Shown piece by piece: positions 27,205 to 37,000 of a stretch of DNA of 64,000 nucleotides. The stretch is from an uncultured Verrucomicrobiota bacterium (GTDB lineage Bacteria > Verrucomicrobiota > Verrucomicrobiia > Limisphaerales > UBA8199): positions 3,462 through 67,461 of the forward strand of contig CAYNZC010000002.1 of the NCBI GenBank assembly GCA_964401575.1, in the 5' to 3' direction. The position numbers were made by a program, and so were the translations under genes. Within the stretch, counting starts at the first letter, position 1. Every line of letters begins with the position of its first letter. The notes under the pieces were generated by a model that worked only from the letters and a program-made list of their open reading frames with translations, was not told the origin of the DNA and made no database searches.

Positions 27205-28131
27205 ATGAGCAGCACGCTTAAGCATCTCAGGGCTCTCGCCGACCCAACCCGGTTACGACTCATTGGTTTGCTCCAGGGCGATGAGCTGTCGGTCAACGAA
27301 TTGCAGGAGATCACCCGGCTCGGTCAGTCACGAATCTCGACGCATCTCGGGCAGTTGCAGGAGGCTGGGCTGATCGAGTCCCGCCGCCAGGGGAAGCGGA
27401 CTTTCTACAAGCTGCTGGAAGGCAATGGGAAAGAAATCGTGAGCCTGGCAGTGCGGGGAGCAAAGGAATTAGCCGATCATGAGAGCGATCAGATCAATCT
27501 GAGGCGAATGCTGGCCCTGCGCAAGGAACAGGCGCGTCTGTTTTTCAACCAGGTGGCCGGGCGTTTCGATCGCGTTTACGGCCCAGGAAGATCATGGCAG
27601 GCGTTTGGCCACCTGCTGCTGAGAATACTGCCCCCGCTGGAAGTTGCGGATCTGGGCTCCGGCGAGGGATTACTCAGCGAACTGCTCGCGCGCCAATGCA
27701 AACGGGTGATCGCAGTGGACAACTCGGAGCGGATCGTTGCGTTCGGCGCTGAGAAAGCCCGCAAGAACAAGCTGAGGAATCTCGAGTTCAGGCTGGGGAA
27801 TCTCGAGGACCCGCCCATCGCCGATAACGCTGTTGATCTCGTCATTCTGAGCCAGGCGCTGCACCACGCCGAATCGCCAGGCATCGCCTTGCAAAGCGCG
27901 TTCCGGATTTTGCGTCCCGGCGGGCAGATCATGATTCTGGACCTGGCAAAACACGACTTTGACCGCGCACACCAACTCTACGGAGACCGATGGCTGGGTT
28001 TTGCCGAAAGCGATCTGCACCGATGGCTCGAATCGGCCGGATTCAAGAGGATTGATATCAGTGTGGTAGCCCGGGAAGAGCAGCCGCCGCATTTTGAAAC
28101 CCTGCTGGCTTCCGCAACCAGAGAACAATGA
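27205..28131 (+). CDS. ArsR-family wHTH fused to a SAM-methyltransferase-like domain (SahR-like regulator of the methyl cycle)
   Basis: The N-terminus LADPTRLRLIGLLQGDELSVNELQEITRLGQSRISTHLGQLQEAGLI is an ArsR-type HTH. The C-terminus has methyltransferase motif I, VADLGSGEGLLSELLA. Divergent from metK-ahcY. Confidence 0.8.
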   Translation: MSSTLKHLRALADPTRLRLIGLLQGDELSVNELQEITRLGQSRISTHLGQLQEAGLIESRRQGKRTFYKLLEGNGKEIVSLAVRGAKELADHESDQINLRRMLALRKEQARLFFNQVAGRFDRVYGPGRSWQAFGHLLLRILPPLEVADLGSGEGLLSELLARQCKRVIAVDNSERIVAFGAEKARKNKLRNLEFRLGNLEDPPIADNAVDLVILSQALHHAESPGIALQSAFRILRPGGQIMILDLAKHDFDRAHQLYGDRWLGFAESDLHRWLESAGFKRIDISVVAREEQPPHFETLLASATREQ

Positions 28132-28133
28132 CG

Positions 28134-28155
28134 ACCGGTCCCGAATTGGACCGGT
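28134..28155. terminator. Hairpin between convergent genes (no T-tract)
   Basis: ACCGGTCC (28134-28141) / GGACCGGT (28148-28155) with loop CGAATT. It starts 3 nt after the regulator stop codon. Confidence 0.3.
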
Positions 28156-28229
28156 GTGCGGGCAAGAGTGAGGTTTCGTTGATACGCCCGGCTTGAACAT
28201 GCGATTCATTCCGGCTCATTTGGGGGGTG

Positions 28230-29198
28230 TCAGGACAGGCCTGCCGTACGCTCGATGATCCTGCGCAAGGGCGTGTTCGGACGGAAGCCGGTCACTCTCT
28301 CCAATCTGGCCACGTCCGGTTTTCTGCGCCGCATATCCTCGAAGCCGGGAGCATACGCTTCCGAGTACGAAACATATTCCACCCCGGATCCTGAGCCCAA
28401 CACTTCGATCACCGATTGCGCAAGCTGCCGGATCGTGATTTCCTCCGTCCCCCCCACATTGAAAACCCCTCCGACTGCGGCAGAAGTGCTTTGCAGCCGC
28501 ATCAGGGCCTCAACCGTGTCAGCCACGTAACAGAAGCACCGGGTCTGGAGTCCATCGCCATACACCTTTAAGGGCTTCCCTGCCCTTGCTGAAGCGATGA
28601 ATCTCGGGAGCACCATCCCGTACCGACCGGTTTGGCGCGGCCCGACTGTGTTAAAAAGCCTTGCCACGCGGACCGGGAGCTTGCGCTCGCGCCAATAAGC
28701 CATGGCGAGGAATTCGTCCATGAGCTTTGAACATGCATAGCTCCAGCGCGATTGGTGAGGGGGTCCGATCAACAGGTCGTCCTCCTCATTGAACGCCGGT
28801 TGAAGGCTTTTGCCATAGACCTCGGATGTCGAGGTCAGCAGGAACGGCACCGGATGCGCCGCCGCGGCGGAGAGCAGCACCTCTGTCTCCCACAAATTTG
28901 CCTCCAGCACGTGTATGGGAGATTTGACCACCAATTCAACGCCGACTGCCGCTGCCAGGTGATAAATGGAATGCGCGCCGGCGACATATTTTGCAAGGTC
29001 CTCGCACGCTGAGATCTTCGACTTTACAAAGGTCAGCCCGGGTTGCGATACCACGCATGCCAGGTTCTGAAGACTGCCGGTGGACAGATCGTCAATCACG
29101 ACCACCCGATCTCCGCCCGCGAGCAATCGCTCCACTAGATGCGAACCGATAAAGCCCGCCCCGCCTGTGACCAGCGCATGTGGTGATTTGGCTGTCAT
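28230..29198 (-). CDS. NAD-dependent epimerase/dehydratase (UDP-sugar SDR family)
   Basis: ALVTGGAGFIGSHLVERLL Rossmann fold and YACSK catalytic motif. ATGA-coupled to the upstream amidase gene. Confidence 0.85.
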   Translation of the reverse strand: MTAKSPHALVTGGAGFIGSHLVERLLAGGDRVVVIDDLSTGSLQNLACVVSQPGLTFVKSKISACEDLAKYVAGAHSIYHLAAAVGVELVVKSPIHVLEANLWETEVLLSAAAAHPVPFLLTSTSEVYGKSLQPAFNEEDDLLIGPPHQSRWSYACSKLMDEFLAMAYWRERKLPVRVARLFNTVGPRQTGRYGMVLPRFIASARAGKPLKVYGDGLQTRCFCYVADTVEALMRLQSTSAAVGGVFNVGGTEEITIRQLAQSVIEVLGSGSGVEYVSYSEAYAPGFEDMRRRKPDVARLERVTGFRPNTPLRRIIERTAGLS

Positions 29199-30367
29199 TG
29201 TCCTGAAAGGATTGTGCTGTTTTGATCTGCGGGAATCAACAGCGGCCGCAACGCCTCGGCCAATGCCCGGGCCAGTTCCTGCCGATGCGCGGCCGATGCA
29301 ATCCTGCGCGCTTCAACCGGATTTGAAAGGTAGCCGCCCTCGATGAGCACAGCCGGACGATTCTGGGTGCGCAACACGGCAACGAACCGAGCCCTGCGTA
29401 TGCCCCGGTCCAGACGCCCATTCACCTTTAACAACGCCGAGTGCAGCTTCATCGCCACAAAAATGTTCGAGGCGTCGAAGGAGTTGTTCGGCAAGGTTTC
29501 GTTCAGCTCGTCAGAATACCCGCGCGTTAAAGTGGAAGGCACGCCCGCCGGCGTCAGGCAATAGGTCTCAAGCCCTGCCTTGTCCGGGACGGACGAGTTA
29601 AAGTGCAGGCTGAGGAAGAGATCCGCGTTCTCAGCATCGGCAAGGGCAACCCGGTTGGAAAGAGTCACTTCAGTGTCCGTGGATCGAGTCAGCACTACCC
29701 GCCAGCCATCCGCCATGAGCAGATCCCTCAGTCGCAATGCCCAATCCAAAGTGTACTCATCCTCATACCCACCGGCCACACAACGGGCGCCGGAGTCTGC
29801 CCCGCCATGGCCCGGATCAAGAACCACTGTTTGCCCGCGCGCAAAAACCGGCGGTGCCCCGCACAAAAGCGGTTGAATGGTCGAACGGATATCCTCGATT
29901 TTGAGATACAACTGATTCCTCACCAGAACCGGAGGAAAGCCCAGGTGCACCTCCATTCCGTCCCACCGCACAACATTGTTGTTTGCTTCCAGCCACAGCC
30001 GGCCATTCGGGCTGCCAACGTTGAACGCTCCCGCATTCGAGGGGCTCTGCGCCGGCGCGGCAAGACCCTCACCGGCGACCCAGTCCCGCAGCGCAACAAG
30101 GCCGCTCCTGGATGCGGTGGGTGGAGGAGAGACGGCAGTCGCGCCGGGTTCGTGGGCCGGCGTCGTCAGGGGTACTGGCTCAGCCGCGGGTATGGTATCT
30201 GAAGGTGAGGACTGTCGCCCGGGCCATTGCCAGTTGGCAGGACGCGACTCGCCGGCATTGCGGGTTGTAGCACAACCGCCGCACACCGCAGCCACCACCA
30301 GACCGACCAGAACCTTTGCAACAACCCGCACCATCCTATTGTGCGGGTTTGGCCGGCACTCACTCAA
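29195..30367 (-). CDS. N-acetylmuramoyl-L-alanine amidase (amidase_3), lipoprotein-like N-terminus
   Basis: VVLDPGHGGADSGA, LFLSLHFNS and AVLIEGGYLSNPVEARRI. The N-terminal hydrophobic segment ends in CGGC. Confidence 0.85.
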   Translation of the reverse strand: MSECRPNPHNRMVRVVAKVLVGLVVAAVCGGCATTRNAGESRPANWQWPGRQSSPSDTIPAAEPVPLTTPAHEPGATAVSPPPTASRSGLVALRDWVAGEGLAAPAQSPSNAGAFNVGSPNGRLWLEANNNVVRWDGMEVHLGFPPVLVRNQLYLKIEDIRSTIQPLLCGAPPVFARGQTVVLDPGHGGADSGARCVAGGYEDEYTLDWALRLRDLLMADGWRVVLTRSTDTEVTLSNRVALADAENADLFLSLHFNSSVPDKAGLETYCLTPAGVPSTLTRGYSDELNETLPNNSFDASNIFVAMKLHSALLKVNGRLDRGIRRARFVAVLRTQNRPAVLIEGGYLSNPVEARRIASAAHRQELARALAEALRPLLIPADQNSTILSGQ

Positions 30368-30469
30368 GCGTTTATGCGGACAATTCGAGCCATCCGTCGG
30401 TCGCAGGATCGCTGCTGCCTGTCCGCCATCGGCACCCGGGGTGCGGTTCCAATCTCAAGAATTCAATGG

Positions 30470-32608
30470 CTAGAAGAACAATGCCAACCGAGCGCCAAAA
30501 GTCGCGGGTGCGCCGTTCTCTCCGACATAACCCGATGGGGCGCCTAACGGACCGTAAGGTATGGCGATGGGAACGTACTCCTGATCGAAGGCATTGGCTA
30601 CCCAGCCTTCCAAAGACCAGTTCTTCCCGCGAAGTCCCGCCCTGAAATCCACTAAAGAGTAAGCGTCTTGCGATTCGTCGTTTGAAGCATCGTAATGGAA
30701 CTCTCCAAAGCCCGTCACTTGTCCCCGCACAAAAAGCTGAAGGTCGCGCCTGAATGCCCAACGCGCCTCTGCTCCGCCGTTCACCGTGAACTCCGGCGCA
30801 AAAGGCAGGGACCGGCCCCCGACCCTTTCGTTCACCCCCTCGTTGGCATTGAAAGATGTCGTGCCGCTCAGGAACTCGGCGTCCATCACCGCGATGCTTC
30901 CAAACAGGTCGAGCCAATCCAGGGGACGCGCGGTCATCTGCAGTTCGATTCCCCTGCTTGCCGCCGCGCCCGCATTGCCAATGTAATACTGGCTCGCCAG
31001 CCCGGGATATTGCTGGTTTAGCTGCAGGTCATCCCAGTGGATGTAAAACAGCGCAAGGCCGGTCTCGATCTTCGAATCAAACAACCGCGCCTTGTAACCG
31101 ATTTCGTAATTCCAACTGTGTTCCGGGTCGTAGGACTCGGTGTTTGCAGGGCCGGGCACGCCGGAGGGCGCCGGATTGAATCCTCCCGCCTTGTAGCCGG
31201 CCGCCACAGTTCCGTAGAACCGGTGGCATTCGGCGGGCTTCCAGGCAAGCCCCACCTGCGGCGTCGGCTCAAAGAAGTCTTCGTCGAGATCCTGCCGGGC
31301 CGAGGCGCTGGTGCTGAGCCTGGCATCCTTCTGCTCGTAATCCAAGCGTCCGCCTGCCGAAAGCTCAAAGCGCTCAGCAAAGCTGAACCGCGCCTGCCCG
31401 TACAACCCGGCCCCATAATCATCAAGAGCGGCATCGCTGCTGCCCGATAGCGGGGACAGCGGCGCTGCGAAACGATTCGCGGTCCGTTGATCGTAATCAG
31501 AGTAAAAGGCGAAGATTCCGCCTTGCCACTCGAGGTCCACAGCATCAGAAACTGCGATTGGTGTGTCTTTTGGAGAGGATAGCCTGAATTCCTGCGTAAA
31601 TTGGTTCTGTTCTGCGTTGTTGCTCCGGGTTGCGTCTAAAAAGTAATTCCCGGGGGTGGCCACCCCGTAATCCAGATCCGTCAGCGCGTCACTCTTCCAA
31701 TAGACGAACCCCGAGATGGATTCCGCTTCGATCGCCGTTCCGTACCAGTTCAGAATCAGAGTCGGCGCGAGCAGGTCACGATCGTTGTAGCCATCCGTGA
31801 AATCACGCCGGACCCGCCATGGATCGCGCTGCAACCGTTCCAGGTCGCCAAGGGCATAATCCCCATCGCGGTTCCTCTCGCCCGAGAGGAGAAGCCGGGC
31901 TTCGAACTGCTCTGAGGGTGTGAAGAGCATCTGCGCCTTTCCAAAGAGGGCGTCCCGGCTGTCAAGATCTCTGCCGTCATAAAGATTCTTTGTGTAACCG
32001 TCGCGCGCCAGGGCGCCGCCGGAGATGCTCATACCGATCGCATCGCTCTTAACAGGACCGGAAATCCCGCCTCGCACGTCCCAGTAATCAAAATCGCCGA
32101 AGGTAGCGCTCGACCGCGCTGCCCAGACACCGGAAGGCCTCGCAGATACGATGTTGACAAGCCCGCCCGGCGTGTTGCGTCCGAAGAGCGCGCCCTGGGG
32201 CCCGCGGATAAACTCCACACGTTCCACATCCAGCAGCTCGATATTCGACGAGTAACTGTTCAACTGTGGAACACCGTCAATATATGTTGTGACGCCGGGG
32301 TTGGCCGGGCTGCCGCCAATGCCGCGGAAAAAAGGGTTGCTCAGAGCTGGAGGAGTAAATTGGTTGATATACACTCCAGGCGCCACTTTGGCCGCCTCAC
32401 GGATCACAATCGGCTCCACACTCTTGCTCACAGCCACGGCTGAGACGCTCAACGGCAGTTCCAGCCAGTCCTCGGCTTCCTTTTGCGCGGTAACAACCGT
32501 CGCAGGCAGGGTCACAGGTTGCTCCTGGGCGTAAAGAGACAGGCCGAACACCAGCAGCCCGGCACCGCAGGTGACCCACCCATGAGATTTCAATGGACGT
32601 TCTGTCAT
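30470..32608 (-). CDS. TonB-dependent outer-membrane receptor
   Basis: Signal peptide. Plug region (TLPATVVTAQKE...IRGPQGALFGRNTPGGLVNI). Long beta-barrel with a C-terminal aromatic residue (...RLALFF). Confidence 0.85.
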   Translation of the reverse strand: MTERPLKSHGWVTCGAGLLVFGLSLYAQEQPVTLPATVVTAQKEAEDWLELPLSVSAVAVSKSVEPIVIREAAKVAPGVYINQFTPPALSNPFFRGIGGSPANPGVTTYIDGVPQLNSYSSNIELLDVERVEFIRGPQGALFGRNTPGGLVNIVSARPSGVWAARSSATFGDFDYWDVRGGISGPVKSDAIGMSISGGALARDGYTKNLYDGRDLDSRDALFGKAQMLFTPSEQFEARLLLSGERNRDGDYALGDLERLQRDPWRVRRDFTDGYNDRDLLAPTLILNWYGTAIEAESISGFVYWKSDALTDLDYGVATPGNYFLDATRSNNAEQNQFTQEFRLSSPKDTPIAVSDAVDLEWQGGIFAFYSDYDQRTANRFAAPLSPLSGSSDAALDDYGAGLYGQARFSFAERFELSAGGRLDYEQKDARLSTSASARQDLDEDFFEPTPQVGLAWKPAECHRFYGTVAAGYKAGGFNPAPSGVPGPANTESYDPEHSWNYEIGYKARLFDSKIETGLALFYIHWDDLQLNQQYPGLASQYYIGNAGAAASRGIELQMTARPLDWLDLFGSIAVMDAEFLSGTTSFNANEGVNERVGGRSLPFAPEFTVNGGAEARWAFRRDLQLFVRGQVTGFGEFHYDASNDESQDAYSLVDFRAGLRGKNWSLEGWVANAFDQEYVPIAIPYGPLGAPSGYVGENGAPATFGARLALFF

Positions 32609-32914
32609 AAGCCGATGTCTAAATGCAAAATCCTCAGCATCAAAACAATAACAATTCTATTCCTAAGCGGACCGATGGCCCGGAGTGGCATGGCTCGGCC
32701 TTGGCAGGGATGACGCACTGCTCAGCATGTATGGGCGGTGCATCAGATATGTATCGAGTTCCTCCCGAGGTCATTGAACGGTTCGGACTTCAGGAGCTTG
32801 GGGACGGAGAATATGAGCGGCTGTTTTCGAGCGACCAACCCGGAAGGTGTACGGCTGCGTAGCGCGCTTGGGTAAGAAAACCTGATTCACTACTCTTGGC
32901 ACAAAAACAGGATT

Positions 32915-33124
32915 ATGCCGGCACCCAACAACGGAGGGCCCACATGGGTTGATGGCGTTCACCTGGCGGTGATCCCGAAGCCAGGGGCCCTTGCTTTGCT
33001 TGTTGTGAGCAGCGGCCTTTTATGCCTATTTGGACGCCGACGCGTGCCAGGTTGGACGATGGAAATCAAACAATCCACCCTCGCCTCAGCGGGCGGCATC
33101 CGGACTTTAGGCCCAGGGATTTGA
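32915..33124 (+). pseudogene. Short ORF carrying a PEP-CTERM-like tail (possible remnant)
   Basis: VIPKPGALALLVVSSGLLCLFGRRR (32969-33043) has the PEP-CTERM layout, with PKP in place of PEP. Only ~18 codons precede it, with a stop at 32873-32875 upstream in frame, and 26 codons follow the RRR. Confidence 0.25.
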
Positions 33125-33206
33125 GCAGATTTGAATAGGGGGCCTGCGTTCAAGCTGATGCCTGGCAGTGGCAGACAAGGTGCGTCGTTCGGCGGAGAAA
33201 AGTAAC

Positions 33207-33908
33207 ATGAACAACCCGTGGCAATATGACGAGACGATCCAGGTTGGCACTGATTATCGTGACCAAGCCGAGGTGGCCGGTTACGACGAGCGGATGCAGA
33301 AGCTGCGCGATATCCAGGAAGAGACCCGGGCCGTCAAGGCGGCACTGTCACTCTCGAAAGACTGCACGGTTTGGGAGATCGGCACCGGCACCGGCGAATG
33401 CGCCCTGGCCCTTGCTCCTGGCGTGGGGCATGTCTATGCGACGGACATTTCCCCGACGATGCTCAGGTATGCAGGTCACAAAGCGAAACAACGCGGCATT
33501 TGCAATGTGACCTTCAAGAAGGGAGGGTTTCTGTCCGGCTTTCGTCCGCCCTGCCCAGTGGATGGGGTGGTCACTCAACTGGCACTGCATCATTTACCTG
33601 ACTTTTGGAAGTCGAGAGCCCTTGCCGGGATCGCAAGTCGTCTTCGCCCCGCCGGGAAGCTGTATCTTCGCGACGTTGTGTTTCCCTCGGACATCAATGA
33701 TTCCGATGTTTTCTTTGCGAGATTGATAGAGAAGATCCGTCGCGATGCTGGCGATGAACTGGCCCGGCAGACCATACAGCACATCAAGAAAGAGTTCTCG
33801 ACATTGGATTGGATACTGGAGGGAATGATGACCCGCAGTGGCCTGAGAATTATCGAGAAAGACTGTAGCGGCTTCTTATCCGTCTATGTTTGCGAGAAAT
33901 GCGTGTAG
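33207..33908 (+). CDS. Class I SAM-dependent methyltransferase
   Basis: Motif I VWEIGTGTGECALAL and post-I DISPTML. Start taken at ATG 33207; the ORF track begins at GTG 33168. Confidence 0.8.
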   Translation: MNNPWQYDETIQVGTDYRDQAEVAGYDERMQKLRDIQEETRAVKAALSLSKDCTVWEIGTGTGECALALAPGVGHVYATDISPTMLRYAGHKAKQRGICNVTFKKGGFLSGFRPPCPVDGVVTQLALHHLPDFWKSRALAGIASRLRPAGKLYLRDVVFPSDINDSDVFFARLIEKIRRDAGDELARQTIQHIKKEFSTLDWILEGMMTRSGLRIIEKDCSGFLSVYVCEKCV

Positions 33909-34035
33909 AACCACCTGAAACCCTGCCCTGCCCTCCCAGGCACCAGCGATGCGGGATAGTGTCATAACAAATTCTGTCGCATTTCTGCAGTGGCATTAAG
34001 ACTGCTGGTGTAGAAGGACTGAACTTAGATTCTAA

Positions 34036-37000
34036 ATGAATCGACCCCTGCAGATCCTGCACCTTGAGGATGAGGCGGACTATTCCGACCTCGTGCAAGA
34101 CCTTATTTCGCAAGAGGTTCCGTCACGTTTAACCCGGGTTTCGACCCGAACAGATTTTGAGGCTGCGCTCGCCGGAGGGCCGTATGACCTGATCCTTGCG
34201 GATTATTTGCTGCCCGACTTCGATGGGCTGAGTGCGCTGCAAATAGCTCATCAGCAATGTCCGGAGACACCCTTTTTGATCTTGTCCGGCACGATGGCAG
34301 AGACCGAAGCCATCGAGACAGTAAGGCGAGGCGCCACGGATTACGTGCTAAAGGCGCTGCCTGAACGACTGCTTCCGGCCGTGAAACGGGCGGTGGCGGA
34401 GTCGGTTGAACGGACGGCGCGGCGAAACATTGAGAGAGAACTGAAACAGAACGAGCGGCATTTTCAGACCTTTACGGAGAACGTGCTTGACGTTCTGATG
34501 ATCACAAATGCCGAAGGCAACCTGCTCTACAGCAGCCCGTCCCTCAACAACGTGCTTGGGTTTGGACCAGCGGAGGTGCGCGGTCGCAGCCTCATGGATT
34601 TGGTGCTTCCGTCTGACCTTGAGACAGTGAAGGCACATTTTGGCACGTTGAGGGACGCCCCTGCGAATACCCTGCGATTTGACCTGACGTTGCGGCACAA
34701 GGACGGGACCACGAGGGAACTTGAAGCCGTTGCGGAGAACCGGCTGACGGATCCTGAGATTGAAGGCATCGTTCTCACCGCTCATGACGTGACCGAAAAG
34801 AGACGGGCGGAGCGCGAACTGCGGGAAAGTGAGCAACAATACCGGCTGATTTTCGATGGCAACCCGAATCCGATGTGGATTTTTGACCAGGAAACGCTTG
34901 AGTTTCTGGAGGTAAACGACGCAGCCGTTCAACACTACGGCTATTCCAGGGAGGAATTCCGCTCGATGCGTCTTTCGGATCTGCGGACCGACTCAGAAGA
35001 CCCTTCGCCCGAGGAATACCTGCACAGGCTTGTTCCGCACAGCTCGGACGCCAGGCTGGGCTATGCTGGAAAATGGAAGCACGTAAAACGGGACGGCTCC
35101 GTCATTCACGTCGAAGTAAAGTGGGCGCCCATTCGTTTCAAGGGCAGAAATGCATCCCTCACGCTGATTAACGACGTCACAGAACGCTGGCGGGACGAGA
35201 AGCGCGATTCCGCCCTGTCCAAGCTTGGCCAAAGCCTCAACGCGACGAGCCACCCGACGGAGGCCGCGCAGATCATTCGATCCATTACGGACGAATTATT
35301 CACCTGGGATGTCTTCACTCTGAATTTGTACCTGGCCGACAGCGACGAACTTCTGCCGCTTGTGAACCTGGACACTGACCGGAGCGGCAACCGGTTCGAG
35401 GTGGTGGTGGATGGCGGAAAAATGGCGCCCGGCGGCCTTACCCGCCGTGCGATTCAGCACGGAGGGCAGCTCATTCTGCGCCCACACCCGGCAGTGATGG
35501 GAGGCGACAGCATCGCCATTGGTGACAAGGCACACGCCTCGGCGTCCCTGATGCTGGTGCCCATCCGCAACCGGACGAAAGTGATCGGAGTGCTTTCGCT
35601 TCAGAGCTACAAGCAGCGAGCCTACAACCAGCGCGACCTGCAAACACTGCAAACCCTCGCGGACCACTGCGGCGGCGCGATCGAGCGCATCCGCGCCGAG
35701 CAGGCTTTGCGCGAAAGTGAAATGCGGTTCCGGGAATTGTTTGAAGGATCGCCCGACGCCATTTTTGTTCAGGACTTGAACGGTTACCTCCTGGATGTAA
35801 ACCTCACCGCCTGCAAGCTGCACGCGGCAAGCCGGGAGGATCTGATTGGCAGGCATATTTCACAGCTCGTGCCCGAGTCAAAACGAGCGGCTTTTGCTTC
35901 CGCCGTTCCGTTAATGGCTTCCGGGAGGCTCAAACAGATCGAAACCTCCAGCCTGACCTGGGACGGAGCGGAGGTGCCAGTCGAGATCAGCGGCAACCGC
36001 GTCAGCTACGCAGGCAAGTCGGCGTTGCTCCTGCACGTTCGGGACATCAGTGAGCGCAGGCGCTCAGAGGAGGAGCTGCGCAGCTCGGAGATGCTATTCC
36101 ATTCCGTGTGGGAGAATTCGGTTGATGGCATGCGCCTCACCGACAGGGACGGAGTAGTTGTCGCCGTGAACGAGGCGTTCTGTCGCATCGTAGGCATGCC
36201 CCGCGATCAGATCGAGGGTAAGCTCTTCACCGTGCCGTATGCCACCTCGGAGAATCACGATTACCAGCTTAAACATTATCGCGAGACCTTTGCCGCCCGT
36301 ATCGTGGACAAACAGGTTGAGAGAAGGCTGAGACTTAAGAGCGGCGCAGCCTTGATCCTTGAGGACACGAGCTCCTACGTGGAGCGCAAAGGCAAAGAAC
36401 CGCTTCTGCTCTGCCTATTCCGGGATGTGACGGCTCAGCGGAAACTGGAGGAGCAGCTCAGGCAATCGCAAAAGATGGAGGCCATCGGCCTGCTGGCGGG
36501 CGGGGTTGCTCACGACTTCAACAACATCCTCACGGTCATCCACGGGCACGCCTCACTTCTGGCCACTCAGTGCGATCCGTCCTCCACCGCAACCCGCTCG
36601 GCCCAGCAGATTCTTCAAGCAGCGGAACGGGCCGCGGGTTTAACACGCCAACTATTGACCTTCGGCAGGCGCACGATGATACAGCCGCGCCGCCTGGACG
36701 TGAACGAATTGCTGGCGAACATGACCAAGATGCTCGGCCGCATTCTTGGAGAAGACATCGCGCTCAAATTGCAATACTCAGCGCAACCGGCCGTTATTCT
36801 TGCGGATGCTGGAATGATTGAGCAGGTGCTTCTGAACCTGGCTGTGAACTCACGCGACGCCATGCCGAAGGGAGGCGTCCTCTTCCTGAAGACTTCCATC
36901 CAGGAGGTTAGCGGAACCCAGCTTCTCGAGCATCCGGATGCCGCATGCGGAAGATACGTCTGCTTGAGCGCAGTGGACACAGGTTGTGGCATTCCGCCGG

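Noticed and set aside
32621-32670. Fur box upstream of the TonB-dependent receptor
   Set aside because: The best alignment I could make to GATAATGATAATCATTATC was about 10 of 19 positions. The patch is kept only as an AT-rich promoter/operator candidate inside a finding, not as a called site.
32609-32900. Possible cobalamin or TPP riboswitch in the leader of the TonB-dependent receptor
   Set aside because: Reading the minus strand I found no GGGAA...GGTG.GAA.CC core and no convincing B12 box (only GCCACTCCGGG), and no CTGAGA / ACCTGATCTGGATAATGCCAGC TPP core. The partial ACCTGAT and ATTATGCCGGC strings are on the wrong strand and are not contiguous.
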